Below, one piece after another: positions 18,701 through 23,631 of a stretch of DNA of 64,000 nucleotides. The stretch's first letter is position 1; each line of letters begins with the position of its first letter. Location of the stretch: the NCBI GenBank assembly GCA_965277715.1, contig OZ255836.1, positions 3,200,001 through 3,264,000 on the forward strand, given 5' to 3'. Both the position numbers and the translations under genes were made by a program. The notes under the pieces are model-generated. The model ran no database searches and was not told the DNA's origin. It saw nothing but the letters and a program-made list of their open reading frames with translations. The DNA comes from Gammaproteobacteria bacterium. Lineage in GTDB: Bacteria > Pseudomonadota > Gammaproteobacteria > JBCCGL01.

Positions 18701-21605
18701 CGCTGTTGATGATGGTCAGGTCGTGACTGCTGAGGATATTGCCACTGTTACTGACTGTATCGGTGGTGAGTGTCGCATCGGTCGCGAGGAGAGTACCCTG
18801 GTTAAGCAGGTTATCGGTGGTCACCGTCAAGGCATTATTTGCCTGAACCGTTCCGGCATTGCTGAGTGTATCGCTCACATCCAGGGTGATATCTTCAACC
18901 GCCAGCAGGCGGGTATCTGTCAAGGTCAGGGTGTCGGTGTTGATCGTCACCTGCGTGGCGGATACTTCGCCACCCGTGCTATCTACCCTGGCTGCCGTAA
19001 TCCCTAGGTTATTGCGGGCCGTGATGTCCTGGCTATTGGTTAGAGTCTGTGTGCTGATTATTTGGTTGTTATTGGCGTGCAAAACGCCCTGGTTATTCAG
19101 GCTGTTCGCTGCGGTAATCGTCAAGGCATTATCCGCCACGATGCGCTGGCTGTTGTCGATAGTATCGGCGCGCAGCGTTGCATCATGGGTGGCTTGTATA
19201 TCACCGCTGTTGGTGATTGCAGTGGCAGTCACCGTGGCATCGGTGGCCACAAGCGTTGCGCGGTTGTCCAGCGTAGCCGTATTCAGTGTCAGCGCATTAT
19301 CGGCCTGCACGGTGCCTGCGCTGTTGAGCACGGCACCGCTGTTGATGATGGTCAGGTCGTGACTGCTGAGGATATTGCCACTGTTACTGACTGTATCGGT
19401 GGTGAGTGTCGCATCGGTCGCGAGGAGAGTGCCCTGGTTAAGCAGGGTATCAGTGGTCACCGTCAAGGCATTATTTGCCTGAACCGTTCCGGCATTGCTG
19501 AGTGTATCGCTCACATCCAGGGTGATATCTTCAACCGCCAGCAGGCGGGTATCTGTCAAGGTCAGGGTGTCGGTGTCGATCGTCACCTGCGTGGCGGATA
19601 CTTCGCCACCCGTGCTATCTACCCTGGCTGCCGTAATCCCCAGGTTATTGCGGGCCGTGATGTTCTGGCTATTGGTTAGAGTCTGTGTGCTGATTATTTG
19701 GTTGTTATTGGCGTGCAATACGCCCTGGTTATTCAGGCTGTTCGCTGCGGTAATCGTCAAGGCATTATCCGCCACGATGCGCTGGCTGTTGTCGATAGTA
19801 TCGGCGCGCAGCGTTGCATCATGGGTGGCTTGTATATCACCACTGTTGGTAATTGCAGTGGCAGTCACCGTGGCATCGGTGGCCACAAGCGTTGCGCGGT
19901 TGTCCAGCGTAGCCGTATTCAGCGTCAGCGCATTATCGGCCTGCACGGTGCCTGCGCTGTTGAGCACGGCACCGCTGTTGGTGATAGTCAGGTCGTTACT
20001 GCTGAGAATACGGCCACTGTTGGTAATATCATTTGTGGTGAGTGTAGTGTCTGTGGCCAACAGGGCGCGTTGATTTTCCACTGTGCCTGCGGTGACGGCC
20101 AGGGTATTACTGGCTTGAATGGTTCCGGCGTTATTCAGTGTGCCACTCACATCCAGGGTAATATCTTCAACTGCCAATAGATTGGTGTCTGTCAACGTCA
20201 GTGTGTCGGTATCAACACTGACCTGCGTGGCGGATACTTCGCCACCCGTGCTGCCTACCGTGGCCGCTGTAATCTCCAGGTTATTGCGGGCCGTGATGTT
20301 CTGGCTATTACTCAGGGCTTGGGTGGTGATAACCTGATTGTTATTGGCGTGCAAGGTGCCCTGGTTGTCAACGCTATTGCCCGCCGTTATACGCAGGGTA
20401 TTACCTGCCAAAACACGTTGGCTATTGCGCAATGTATTGGTAGTAATGCTGGCATTGCGTGTCGCTTTGATTTCACCCTGGTTATCGGTGGACTGGCTGG
20501 TAACACGCAAATCACCGTTTGTATTTTGACTGTTATCTTCATTTAAACCCGCCGTGAGACGCGCCTTGTTAACCAGTTCTCCCGCATTAATTTCAAGCGT
20601 ATTTTTTGCGGCCACAATGCCACCATTAACAGCTACCTGATTGTCAGCACTCAGCACAACGTCGGCTTGGCTGTACACGGTGTTATTCGATGCAATATCC
20701 TGTGTACTATTTACGGTTATTTGCTGCTGCGCCGTCACCTTTTGCAGCGAAATTGTGCCGTCGTTGGTAATTGTAATGCCCTCCATTGAAGCCAAAACCT
20801 CTGGGGGTAGGTTGACACCCAAGCCTTGGTCTGTACCCACCAGGGAAATTCTATTGGCATACATGCCACCCAGTGCAGAGGCGTCCAGTAAAAGCCTGCC
20901 CTGGTCTGCTGAATTTTCGGATGAGGTGATGGTCTTGCTTTGGTAGTCAATCGCATTTTTGCCCAACTTAATATCAAGATTTTTAGCATGGAGTTGGGCA
21001 TTAATTGATAAGTAGTGGGTGTAAATTTGTGTGCTGTCCTGACCTTGTGTATTTAGCCCCGCACCTTGTATGGCAATATCACCGCCAGCAACATTCAAAG
21101 AGCGTAAAGTACCGTTATCCACAGTAGGACGGCCTGTGGTTAAAGTTACATTTCCAGAGTTGATAAATCCGCCACCATTAATGCTGATGCCATTGGGGTT
21201 GGCGATGACGATATCTGACCGCTGCCCAGCCACTTCGGTATAACCATTTAACAACGAGCGGTTTGTGCTACTCACTTCATTGAGTATGACCGTAGCCGTA
21301 TTGTTGAGGTTTTGGTTACCGGCAATATACCCACCAAGCTGCGTATTTACCTCGGTAGTATTGGCATTATTTAAAATTAAACCCTGACTATTGACGTTGT
21401 AGTGGTTGAATTTATTGTGCGACAAACCCGATGCGCTGGGGTTGGCAATATTCACAACTGGCACACCGTTTCTGGCGCTATCGAGGGTAGTATTGGTCGA
21501 GCCATCTACCTCTAGTGGTTCTGCATAAGTTAATACCGGTGATAACGCCAGGTAGTAAGAAAAGTAAACGATGATAAATTTTTTAAATACGGGTAGTCTT
21601 TTCAT
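732..21605 (-). CDS. cdiA: Giant filamentous-haemagglutinin / CdiA-type two-partner secretion toxin (~6,957 aa)
   Basis: Sec signal MKRLPVFKKFII...VLTYA; TPS domain (GLSHNKF, ILNEV, ANPNGI); FHA-1 repeats; YP-like block (FLIETNP...KRVGDAFYEQ...IVW...VLVPQVY); FHA-2 repeats; variable C-terminus followed by a small gene. The ATG at 21605 is preferred because GGAG lies upstream and it overlaps the cdiB stop (ATGA). Confidence 0.92.
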   Translation of the reverse strand: MKRLPVFKKFIIVYFSYYLALSPVLTYAEPLEVDGSTNTTLDSARNGVPVVNIANPSASGLSHNKFNHYNVNSQGLILNNANTTEVNTQLGGYIAGNQNLNNTATVILNEVSSTNRSLLNGYTEVAGQRSDIVIANPNGISINGGGFINSGNVTLTTGRPTVDNGTLRSLNVAGGDIAIQGAGLNTQGQDSTQIYTHYLSINAQLHAKNLDIKLGKNAIDYQSKTITSSENSADQGRLLLDASALGGMYANRISLVGTDQGLGVNLPPEVLASMEGITITNDGTISLQKVTAQQQITVNSTQDIASNNTVYSQADVVLSADNQVAVNGGIVAAKNTLEINAGELVNKARLTAGLNEDNSQNTNGDLRVTSQSTDNQGEIKATRNASITTNTLRNSQRVLAGNTLRITAGNSVDNQGTLHANNNQVITTQALSNSQNITARNNLEITAATVGSTGGEVSATQVSVDTDTLTLTDTNLLAVEDITLDVSGTLNNAGTIQASNTLAVTAGTVENQRALLATDTTLTTNDITNSGRILSSNDLTITNSGAVLNSAGTVQADNALTLNTATLDNRATLVATDATVTATAITNSGDIQATHDATLRADTIDNSQRIVADNALTITAANSLNNQGVLHANNNQIISTQTLTNSQNITARNNLGITAARVDSTGGEVSATQVTIDTDTLTLTDTRLLAVEDITLDVSDTLSNAGTVQANNALTVTTDTLLNQGTLLATDATLTTDTVSNSGNILSSHDLTIINSGAVLNSAGTVQADNALTLNTATLDNRATLVATDATVTATAITNSGDIQATHDATLRADTIDNSQRIVADNALTITAANSLNNQGVLHANNNQIISTQTLTNSQDITARNNLGITAARVDSTGGEVSATQVTINTDTLTLTDTRLLAVEDITLDVSDTLSNAGTVQANNALTVTTDNLLNQGTLLATDATLTTDTVSNSGNILSSHDLTIINSGAVLNSAGTVQADNALTLNTATLDNRATLVATDATVTATAITNSGDIQATHDATLRADTIDNSQRIVADNALTITAANSLNNQGVLHANNNQTISTQTLTNSQDITARNNLGITAATADSTGGEVSATQVTIDTDTLTLTDTRLLAVEDITLDVSDTLSNAGTVQANNALTVTTDNLLNQGTLLATDATLTTDAVSNSGNILSSHDLTITNSGAVLNNAGTVQADNTLTLNTATLDNRATLAATDATVTATAITNSGDIQATHDATLRADTIDNSQRIVADNALTITAANSLNNQGVLHANNNQTISTQTLTNSQDITARNNLGITAATADSTGGEVSATQVTIDTDTLTLTDTRLLAVEDITLDVNDTLNNDGTVQANNTLTVTAGAVDNQRTLLATDTTLTTDTITNSGNILSSHDLTITNSGAVHNNAGTVQADNALTLNTATLDNQATLAATDATITAATLTNSGDVQVTHDLSLVIDTLVNNQNILSGNALTITAANNVNNQGVLHANSSQQITTDTLTNSHDITASSRLEIVANGIDSTGGELSATQVNIDVDNLSLTDTNLLAVEDITLDVSDTLNNDGTVQANNTLTITAGTVDNQRTLLATDTTLTTSEITNSGNILSSHDLTITNSSTVRNNAGTVQADNALTLNTATLDNQATLAATDATITASMLTNSGDIQAAHDLSLISDSLTNNQNILADNALTITARNQLINQATLHANNNQTITAGVLTNSETITASNALTIAATNLDSQGGELSATQVGIDVDNLSLTDTNLLAVEDITLDVSDTLNNDGTVQANNTLTVTAGAVDNQRTLLATDTTLTTDTITNSGNILSSHDLTITNSGAVRNNAGTVQADNALTLNTATLDNQATLAATDATITATTLTNSGDVQAAHDLSLISDSLTNNQNILADNTLTITARNQLINQATLHANNNQTITAGVLTNSETITASNALTIAATNLNSQGGELSATQVGIDVDNLTLTDTRLLAVEDITLDVSDTLNNDGTVQANNTLTVTAGAVDNQRTLLATDTTLTTDTITNSGNILSSHDLSITNSGAVRNNAGTVQADNALTLNTATLDNQATLAATDATITASTLTNSGDIQAAHDLSLISDSLTNNQNILADNTLTITARNQLINQATLHANNNQTITAGVLTNSETITASNALTIAATNLDSQGGELSATQVNIDVDNLTLTDTNLLAVEDITLDVSDTLNNDGTVQANNTLTITAGAVDNQRTLLATDTTLTTDTITNSGNILSSHDLTITNSGAVHNNAGTVQADNALTLNTATLDNQATLAATDATITASMLTNSGDIQAAHDLSLISDSLTNKQNILADNTLTITARNQLINQATLHANNNQTITAGVLTNSETITASNALTIAAANLNSQGGELSATQVGIDVDNLTLTDTNLLAVEDITLDVSDTLNNDGTVQANNTLTVTAGAVDNQRTLLATDTTLTTDTITNSGNILSSHDLTITNSGAVHNNAGTVQADNALTLNTATLDNQATLAATDATITASMLTNSGDIQAAHDLSLITDNLTNNQNILADNALTITARNQLINQATLHANNNQTITAGVLTNSETITASNTLTIAAANLNSQGGELSATQVGIDVDNLTLTDTNLLAVEDITLDVSDTLNNDGTVQANNTLTVTAGTVENQRTLLATDTTLTTDTITNSGNILSSHDLTITNSGAVRNNAGTVQADNALTLNSSILDNQATLAATDATITATTLANSGDIQAAHDLSLISDSLTNNQNILADNALTITARNQLINQATLHANNNQTITAGVLTNSETITASNALTIAATNLDSQGGELSATQVHIDVDNLSLTDTNLLAVEDITLDVSDTLNNDGTVQANNTLTVTAGAVNNQRTLLATDTTLTTDTITNSGNILSSHDLTITNSGAVRNNAGTVQADNALTLNTSILDNQATLAATDATITATTLTNSGDVQASRNITLNATDVRNREHILAGNTLAITASNSLDNQGALHANNNQTITTQILTNSEDITASNTLSITATDLHSTAGELSATAVAIDTATLALTDSGLLAVDDITLDVSDTLNNDGTVQANNTLTVTAGTLVNQRTLLAADTTLTTDNISNSGNILSSHDLTITNSGAVRNNTGTVQADNALTLTTDTLDNRATLAATDATVTATTIDNSGDLQAAHDVTLTTATLTNNQSILAGNALTITATDSLDNQGALHANNRQQLTTHTLSNSQDITASNTLGITATDISSTAGELSAVDVNIDTRTLTLTDTNLLAVDDITLNASDTLTNNGTIQANDTLAVTAGALVNQRTLLATDTTLTTGGIDNSGSILNSRDLTITNSGAVLNRAGSVQAGNALTVNTQTLDNRTTLTATDTTVTATTLSNSGDIQGSHNLTLSADNISNQHNILAGNVLAITAIDSLNNQGTLHANNTQQITAQALSNSHNITASNALDITATTLNSSGGELSAVQVDIDTGTLRVVDSQLLAVQDLTLTASDSLDNNGVIQANNALNITAGALVNRRTLLATDTTLTTGSITNSGNILGSHDLHITNSGMVRNNAGALQANDTLTITTDGLENQDTLLATNITLDAATLNNNGNLQAENNATLNTVDLSNDQNILAGNTLAITASNRLNNQGTLHANNNQQLTVQTLNNSGGNNSGNITASNALDITVTSLNSTAGEISATQVGINADNLTLADTNLLAVKDLTLTVSDTLTNNATIQANDTLTVSADNLVNQRTLLATDTTLTTGEITNSGNILSSHDLTITNSGAVRNNAGAVQADNALILNTASLDNRATLAATDTTVMATTIDNSGTLQAAQDATLNTSTLSNTHNILAGNSLSINAANSLNNQGALHANNNQQLTTQALSNSGDITATNALNITAAGISSTGGEVSATQVAIDADALTLANTHLLAVEDIDLDIANTLTNNGTIQANDTLTVSTDNLVNQRTLLATDTTLSSTTLTNSGDIQATHDISLTTDSLVNQQTILANNTLAITASNSLNNQGTLHANNNQQLTTQTLTNSNSGNITASNALNIASTTFNSTAGEISATQVGINADNLTLADTNLLAVEDLTLTVSDTLDNNGTIQANDALAINADVLVNQRSLLATDTTLTTGEITNSGNILSSHDLAITNSGAVRNNAGVVQADNALILNTASLDNRATLAATDATVTATTIDNSGTLQAAQDATLNTNTLNNTHNILASNSLSINAANSLNNQGALHANNNQQLTTQALSNSGDITATNTLNINATGINSTGGEVSGTQVAIAADALTLNNTNLLAVEDINLDIANTLTNNGTIQANDSLAVSAATLLNQNTLLATDAQLSATHIDNSGNLQATHDIALNANTVTNSQNILAGNILTTTATTRLNNQGTLHANNNQQITTQTLNNSGDITASNTLTVDATTLAGNGGEISATQVGINADTLTLTNDANLLAVEDITLAIDGALNNNGTIQANESLTVTADTLTNQHTLIADNATLTATSTALNSGTLHANNALSLTAATITNQQQLSSDGTLSLITSGDINNQNAQIAALGAVDIQANTLNNTDGRLLSNNDLDIAISQTLTNSNGLIQSQQNTRLQSNYLDNSNAQVASANGLALTTHGINLDGSDLYAAGDLTLTLDALNNVAGSAIGANGNLHIIANDYITNRADLLANGDLTLTTQGALTNYETLSSGGALHLSAYDITNHATISGGVGSSQLHATNVLANQSRISAQGDLLVTGPAIGNQGFFNAGNNLTFTAVNMSNIRTLFAGNDMVFDIQNTLANGLNGTVFAYNNLLISAGNNGGKTSLVKNIGGAIQTYNGDIAIYAQQLQNTTDAPTVQGTYNPGTQTITGGERISDTISSATTIIYVLGIRFYRLNRSVVDRVKLIDIAPPAEINAGGHINLNVDTIANGYSLISAGGDIALSSRVVDNSTVEVVEVTTTFQQIGVCWNGPNYPDSCEPLGNPENIQKTVDVVQTIGSTIQAGGNITGHAGNFSNGNIQGGQAVVGASTQTQTTQIQANTQAIDNVPIDTTETQQVDAGGSATIQTMQTQANTASINNTQVDDIQARQSVTQDGDSVQATQTQAQTQTVGNTQIENGAIDARQMTANNSQVETAQVQVDTQTIGTTQIENGVIDARQMTAGNSQVEATEVQANAQTIDTTHIDNGDIQSREMLASNGQIEADQVQANAQAIANMAIGNEGIESHGMMVGNSEVEATQVQANAQAIANTAIGNGAIDAREILANNGQIEADQVQANAQAITNTAIGNGGIDAREIMTDNGSVEANHVQANTQAIGTTQIDNGDIQTQEMVADVTQVEATQAQANTQTLDVAPVDNQAVNARTQTTDAAQVDNNANDAQARDINLNPTAQPAVVVSDITLPADNFGLFVASQDPQSGFLIETNPELTLYANFISSNYLLEQVDYDPEVEQKRVGDAFYEQTLIRESIYAQTGRRFLHKEITDDNTQYQYLMDNALRAQGDLQLVLGVAVTEAQINALTQDIVWFEEQIVAGERVLVPQVYIANASRYALEGSRVIAGGDIDLGVDQLDNTGTFQAGNNLAIAANEGVNNLGGRLTADNRLSLVAEQDIINTSGLIKGKDIDLTAGGNVVNQRYIEAVNYSSGRTTDTKNLIGRAGQIQASNRLTVDAGEAVQVQGSTLTANTVEISANTIDVNTTVQNTNFFGGDSKNYIKRQSTTNLASSIKADTIDLRSTDTTRIAGSTVAANDALAIRAGNIAIEAVNDSHYTEIKTTKKSTFSKKTTTTKNASSTNIGAQLSGATVELVSTQRDIDITGSRVIADDQLTLTSERDITIEAGYDGALSESHTKKSGFFSGGALYSKSEDLEGRINKTAVSSALGGGSIAITAQRDITLRGVDVDATDTLSASGQDIRIENALSEEKTYSKHTKTTISLGDVAKTLTRPDKLVKTDDGKLSITLAKATIDKAETTTTTTTVVSSNLHANNIELNATSGEEDKGNITVQGSNLAADENIELAASGDMTIKEGKETTDTESEEFHGKAEVSFVVKNEYAQIVPVVQAAKKAKDQLSQAKDSYDQYKDDLSRQQQHLAQLKTDLQNNRLGIEQTDIDELQDYIDDLASDDAFYQANIALAAANLATKTTAVAAQIAKAAASSGTYGFNAGLEIDLDVLEEQLSEAQQRSVASTLSAGNTITINANNTATVQGSHLQAGEGITIDSQDLNVLASQDLSTRETSTEHRNVNIAIDLYGGSGGGVNLSSDSASSSRREITQTNASLLANNITINTRDTTQIKGADVAAGDTLSLNTQTLHVASVQNSTKDRSQSQGASVGFSSSGINSAGLSNARARSVIKNTVDTQLLGETVDITVAEATTLRGATIAAVDEDGNDNQQLTLVTNTLEVGSLNNTVEARSTSVSVGVGQTVSLDYSNDNQHSKTKTLGTVGEGEVVLGDAENSNTRLLNRDIDDNEVAIYDIESHQGLSGSLDTRLLTERGRTAIAEDILKSEMIVNTIELIATTERVGVEDFFSETDKAHRTYEAVKTEIASTPALANALQNPNLNPAEKEQLLNQVTSSVMAELGYENYENRLVDTDIPGKSGDQVRGHYSDETGDTYINDRYIADTETLITTAGHETSHAIDRQSEEVDLDNRQDNESYADNYGENLAEYTEFALEVNGYEGGLASENNRVGTETSERVAENNAEFAALDKDEGDNLVISGPAAIATAVALYVTGTGEGDPVEGLEKIGAGEDVLSRGLALASEEGIKLSYEAFPEETQAVLDEIVRAGEVIGAGVEYLDDITGEVVSAQWNALDEATQNQLKGTGAIISIVLPGTAAQQLSRVNNIDLPDIPLNPGTRAGNTDAEAGGFSELDQDLEGIVDETADGNYLFRGTTDGYEGSSGTQQAGATPTSTDPAIATCYANSAACAAETPGDGVVHIFDANNPNITTTNNPYGLRQDFEVLLDNISPNQAVNLAETTITQNQATQILRDMGVGIPNQISGPGQLNDTLLGITNGGTSAPLSSTQIDEFVRRAKELNQ
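5694..6710 (-). repeat. Intragenic array of ~10 x 33-34 aa (102 bp) repeats, each with 17-aa halves
   Basis: Example unit QANAQAIANTAIGNGAIDAREILANNGQIEADQV. The DNA motif TCGCGGGCATCAAT occurs at 5941 and 6043, 102 bp apart. Confidence 0.85.
8250..20400 (-). repeat. Intragenic tandem array of ~20 x 636-bp (212-aa, 11-rung) FHA-1 units
   Basis: The LHAN motif recurs about every 636 bp. Antisense shadow ORFs start at 13381, 14017, 14653, 15289, 15925 and 16561, and at 18223, 18859 and 19495, each 636 bp apart. Confidence 0.95.
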
Positions 21606-23272
21606 AGGAATCTCCATGACGCATTGAATCTAAATAAGTATTCTTCTTCTTGCAGAGTGCCTGCTATTCTGGGTGTCGGCCTGCTCCAGACCAGGCTGGT
21701 GGTTAAGCCTTCTGAGTATGTTTTAATGCCCAGCGTTACGCTGGAAATATCACCACAACTTTGGCGGTTATTTATCTCACAGTCGATATAACCATAATCA
21801 AAACCAATAAAAGGGGCGATTGTTTTTATCCATTGCGGATGAAGGTCTAGTGCAATAATTCTCGATAGATCGTGCTTTAGATACCAACCATTATCACCCG
21901 AGTAACGGGAGAGTTGGAATCCTCTCACGGCGTAGCTACTGCCTATCGTCAGTTGGTCGTTGTTGTAAAGTATGTCGTCTGTGTATTGTGCATAAAAACT
22001 GGCACTGATCTGGTAACTGCTTTTTGGTATTGTGTAGTTGAGGCGAACATCAAGTGTGTGTTTTATAAATTCCAGTTGTGCATTATTCACTAAATCGATT
22101 TCTGCATTGTTAAAATCATCCCCTCTTGCACCAAACCAATCCACTCCCTGGTAATAGCTATAGGCGGTGGTAAGCTGCCCCCAGCTCTCCAGGTGTGTGT
22201 GGGCAAAGTCCATTTGTACAAGCGTTGTGCTATAGCTTGATACTTCTATTAGTTCATTTGCAAAGGTGTTTTCTGTGTCTTTGTAAAAGACGGAAAGAGA
22301 CAGTTTGTAGATATTGTTGGTGTTTCTTGCCAGCACTTTGCTCAGTTTGAACCTCAGACCTCTCGTGTCGTTTGTTGACAGAAACGTATTGTTAATACCT
22401 GTAACGGCTTGTCGGTAACTCGAATCCGATAAAGCTGTTTCAAGTAGGTAGCTACCCAAGGAAAAAGAGTAGTTGAACTCGATACCCGTGGTACTCTGAA
22501 ATTCTTTTTGAACCGCGCTGCCGTTTAGGTTAATAGCAAAAATATCATTGATGCCAAATAAATTATCAACGGCAAAGGTGCCCGTTAAGTCAGGATTATC
22601 ATCCTCAAGCGTCCGTTCACCGCTCACCCCTACACTGAGGCGGTAGGGCAGTGTATCCACCTCTTCTACAGCAATAATACTTTCGCCTGGTTTACCGCCC
22701 GGCCTAATAGTGAATTTTGCATTGACCGACGGCGGGCGATTCACTGCTTCCAATGAAGTTTCAATATCACGCAGGTTAAGCGGCTCACCCCTTTGGCCGA
22801 TGAAAGCGGTGGCTATTCTTGCATCTGATGTATTGGTTTTTGCATTGACAATATCCTCAACCACGCCCACTAAAATACTGATGTCCAGTGTGCCATCAGC
22901 GATGTCCTGCTCTTTGAGGTAGGGTCTTGTTGTAATGTACCCCCGATTAATATAAAAATTTGAAGCGTCGGTAACAATCGCCTTGATTAACTCGCCGCTA
23001 ATGCATTGATTAATATAGGGTTGGAAGATCAGGTCCTGGTGGTTTTTATCCAGTATTTCGTTTTCGTCCAGGCTGATACTCTTTAATTTAATACAGGTTT
23101 TTTCAGCCGTATCCGGGGTGCTTGCCGCACGCGCAGGCGACACAGTGCAACCGATAAACAGGCACAGAAATAAGCCATTGATTAATTTAAACGCCCAAAC
23201 GTCCATAAAATCCACATGTGTTATGTCAGGAAAGGGGGGAGGATTGTTAAGCTTTGTAACTGATGGTTCCAT
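21602..23272 (-). CDS. cdiB: ShlB/FhaC/CdiB-family outer-membrane TpsB transporter (start may be the ATG at 23206)
   Basis: POTRA motifs (YINRGYITTR, QDIADGTL, LNLRDIE), L6 VRGF motif, FDYG motif and a C-terminal beta-barrel strand. Its stop overlaps the cdiA start. Confidence 0.93.
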   Translation of the reverse strand: MEPSVTKLNNPPPFPDITHVDFMDVWAFKLINGLFLCLFIGCTVSPARAASTPDTAEKTCIKLKSISLDENEILDKNHQDLIFQPYINQCISGELIKAIVTDASNFYINRGYITTRPYLKEQDIADGTLDISILVGVVEDIVNAKTNTSDARIATAFIGQRGEPLNLRDIETSLEAVNRPPSVNAKFTIRPGGKPGESIIAVEEVDTLPYRLSVGVSGERTLEDDNPDLTGTFAVDNLFGINDIFAINLNGSAVQKEFQSTTGIEFNYSFSLGSYLLETALSDSSYRQAVTGINNTFLSTNDTRGLRFKLSKVLARNTNNIYKLSLSVFYKDTENTFANELIEVSSYSTTLVQMDFAHTHLESWGQLTTAYSYYQGVDWFGARGDDFNNAEIDLVNNAQLEFIKHTLDVRLNYTIPKSSYQISASFYAQYTDDILYNNDQLTIGSSYAVRGFQLSRYSGDNGWYLKHDLSRIIALDLHPQWIKTIAPFIGFDYGYIDCEINNRQSCGDISSVTLGIKTYSEGLTTSLVWSRPTPRIAGTLQEEEYLFRFNASWRFL

Positions 23273-23631
23273 CAGCAGTGATCTAATCGCTTCCCCAAAT
23301 CCCGATACTTTATGTTTTATATCGACGGTACCTTCAGCTCAATAGCTAAAATCCTATAGTCGACACTTCTTTTTATAAAAACGACACCCGTTAGCTGGGT
23401 ATATGGACACTAGGCCCTTATGCAAGACAGCATTTAACTATCTCCATATAGCTTATAGTTCATTTTTAGCAATATTGTTTTGAGAATTTAATTTATTGGA
23501 ATTTCACCACAAACTATAAGAGATCTTTCTTCATCTCTTTATTAGTATTGGCATATCGTTAAGGTACTGGTTTTGGGACACATAGCTTATGCGGATACAG
23601 TTCCTTTGCGGGGGTGGGGGCAGCTTGTCGT

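Noticed and set aside
5694-20400. CRISPR-like periodicity
   Set aside because: The repeats are in-frame coding units without unique spacers, and there are no cas genes in the window.
1450-20946. Dozens of plus-strand ORFs, many 636-bp periodic and Val/Leu/Ser-rich
   Set aside because: They are antisense shadows of the repetitive cdiA frame. The periodicity mirrors the repeat, and they have no independent motifs.
21606-21617. cdiA start at 21617 (MEIP extension)
   Set aside because: The ATG at 21605 has a GGAG RBS, overlaps the cdiB stop and gives a normal signal peptide.
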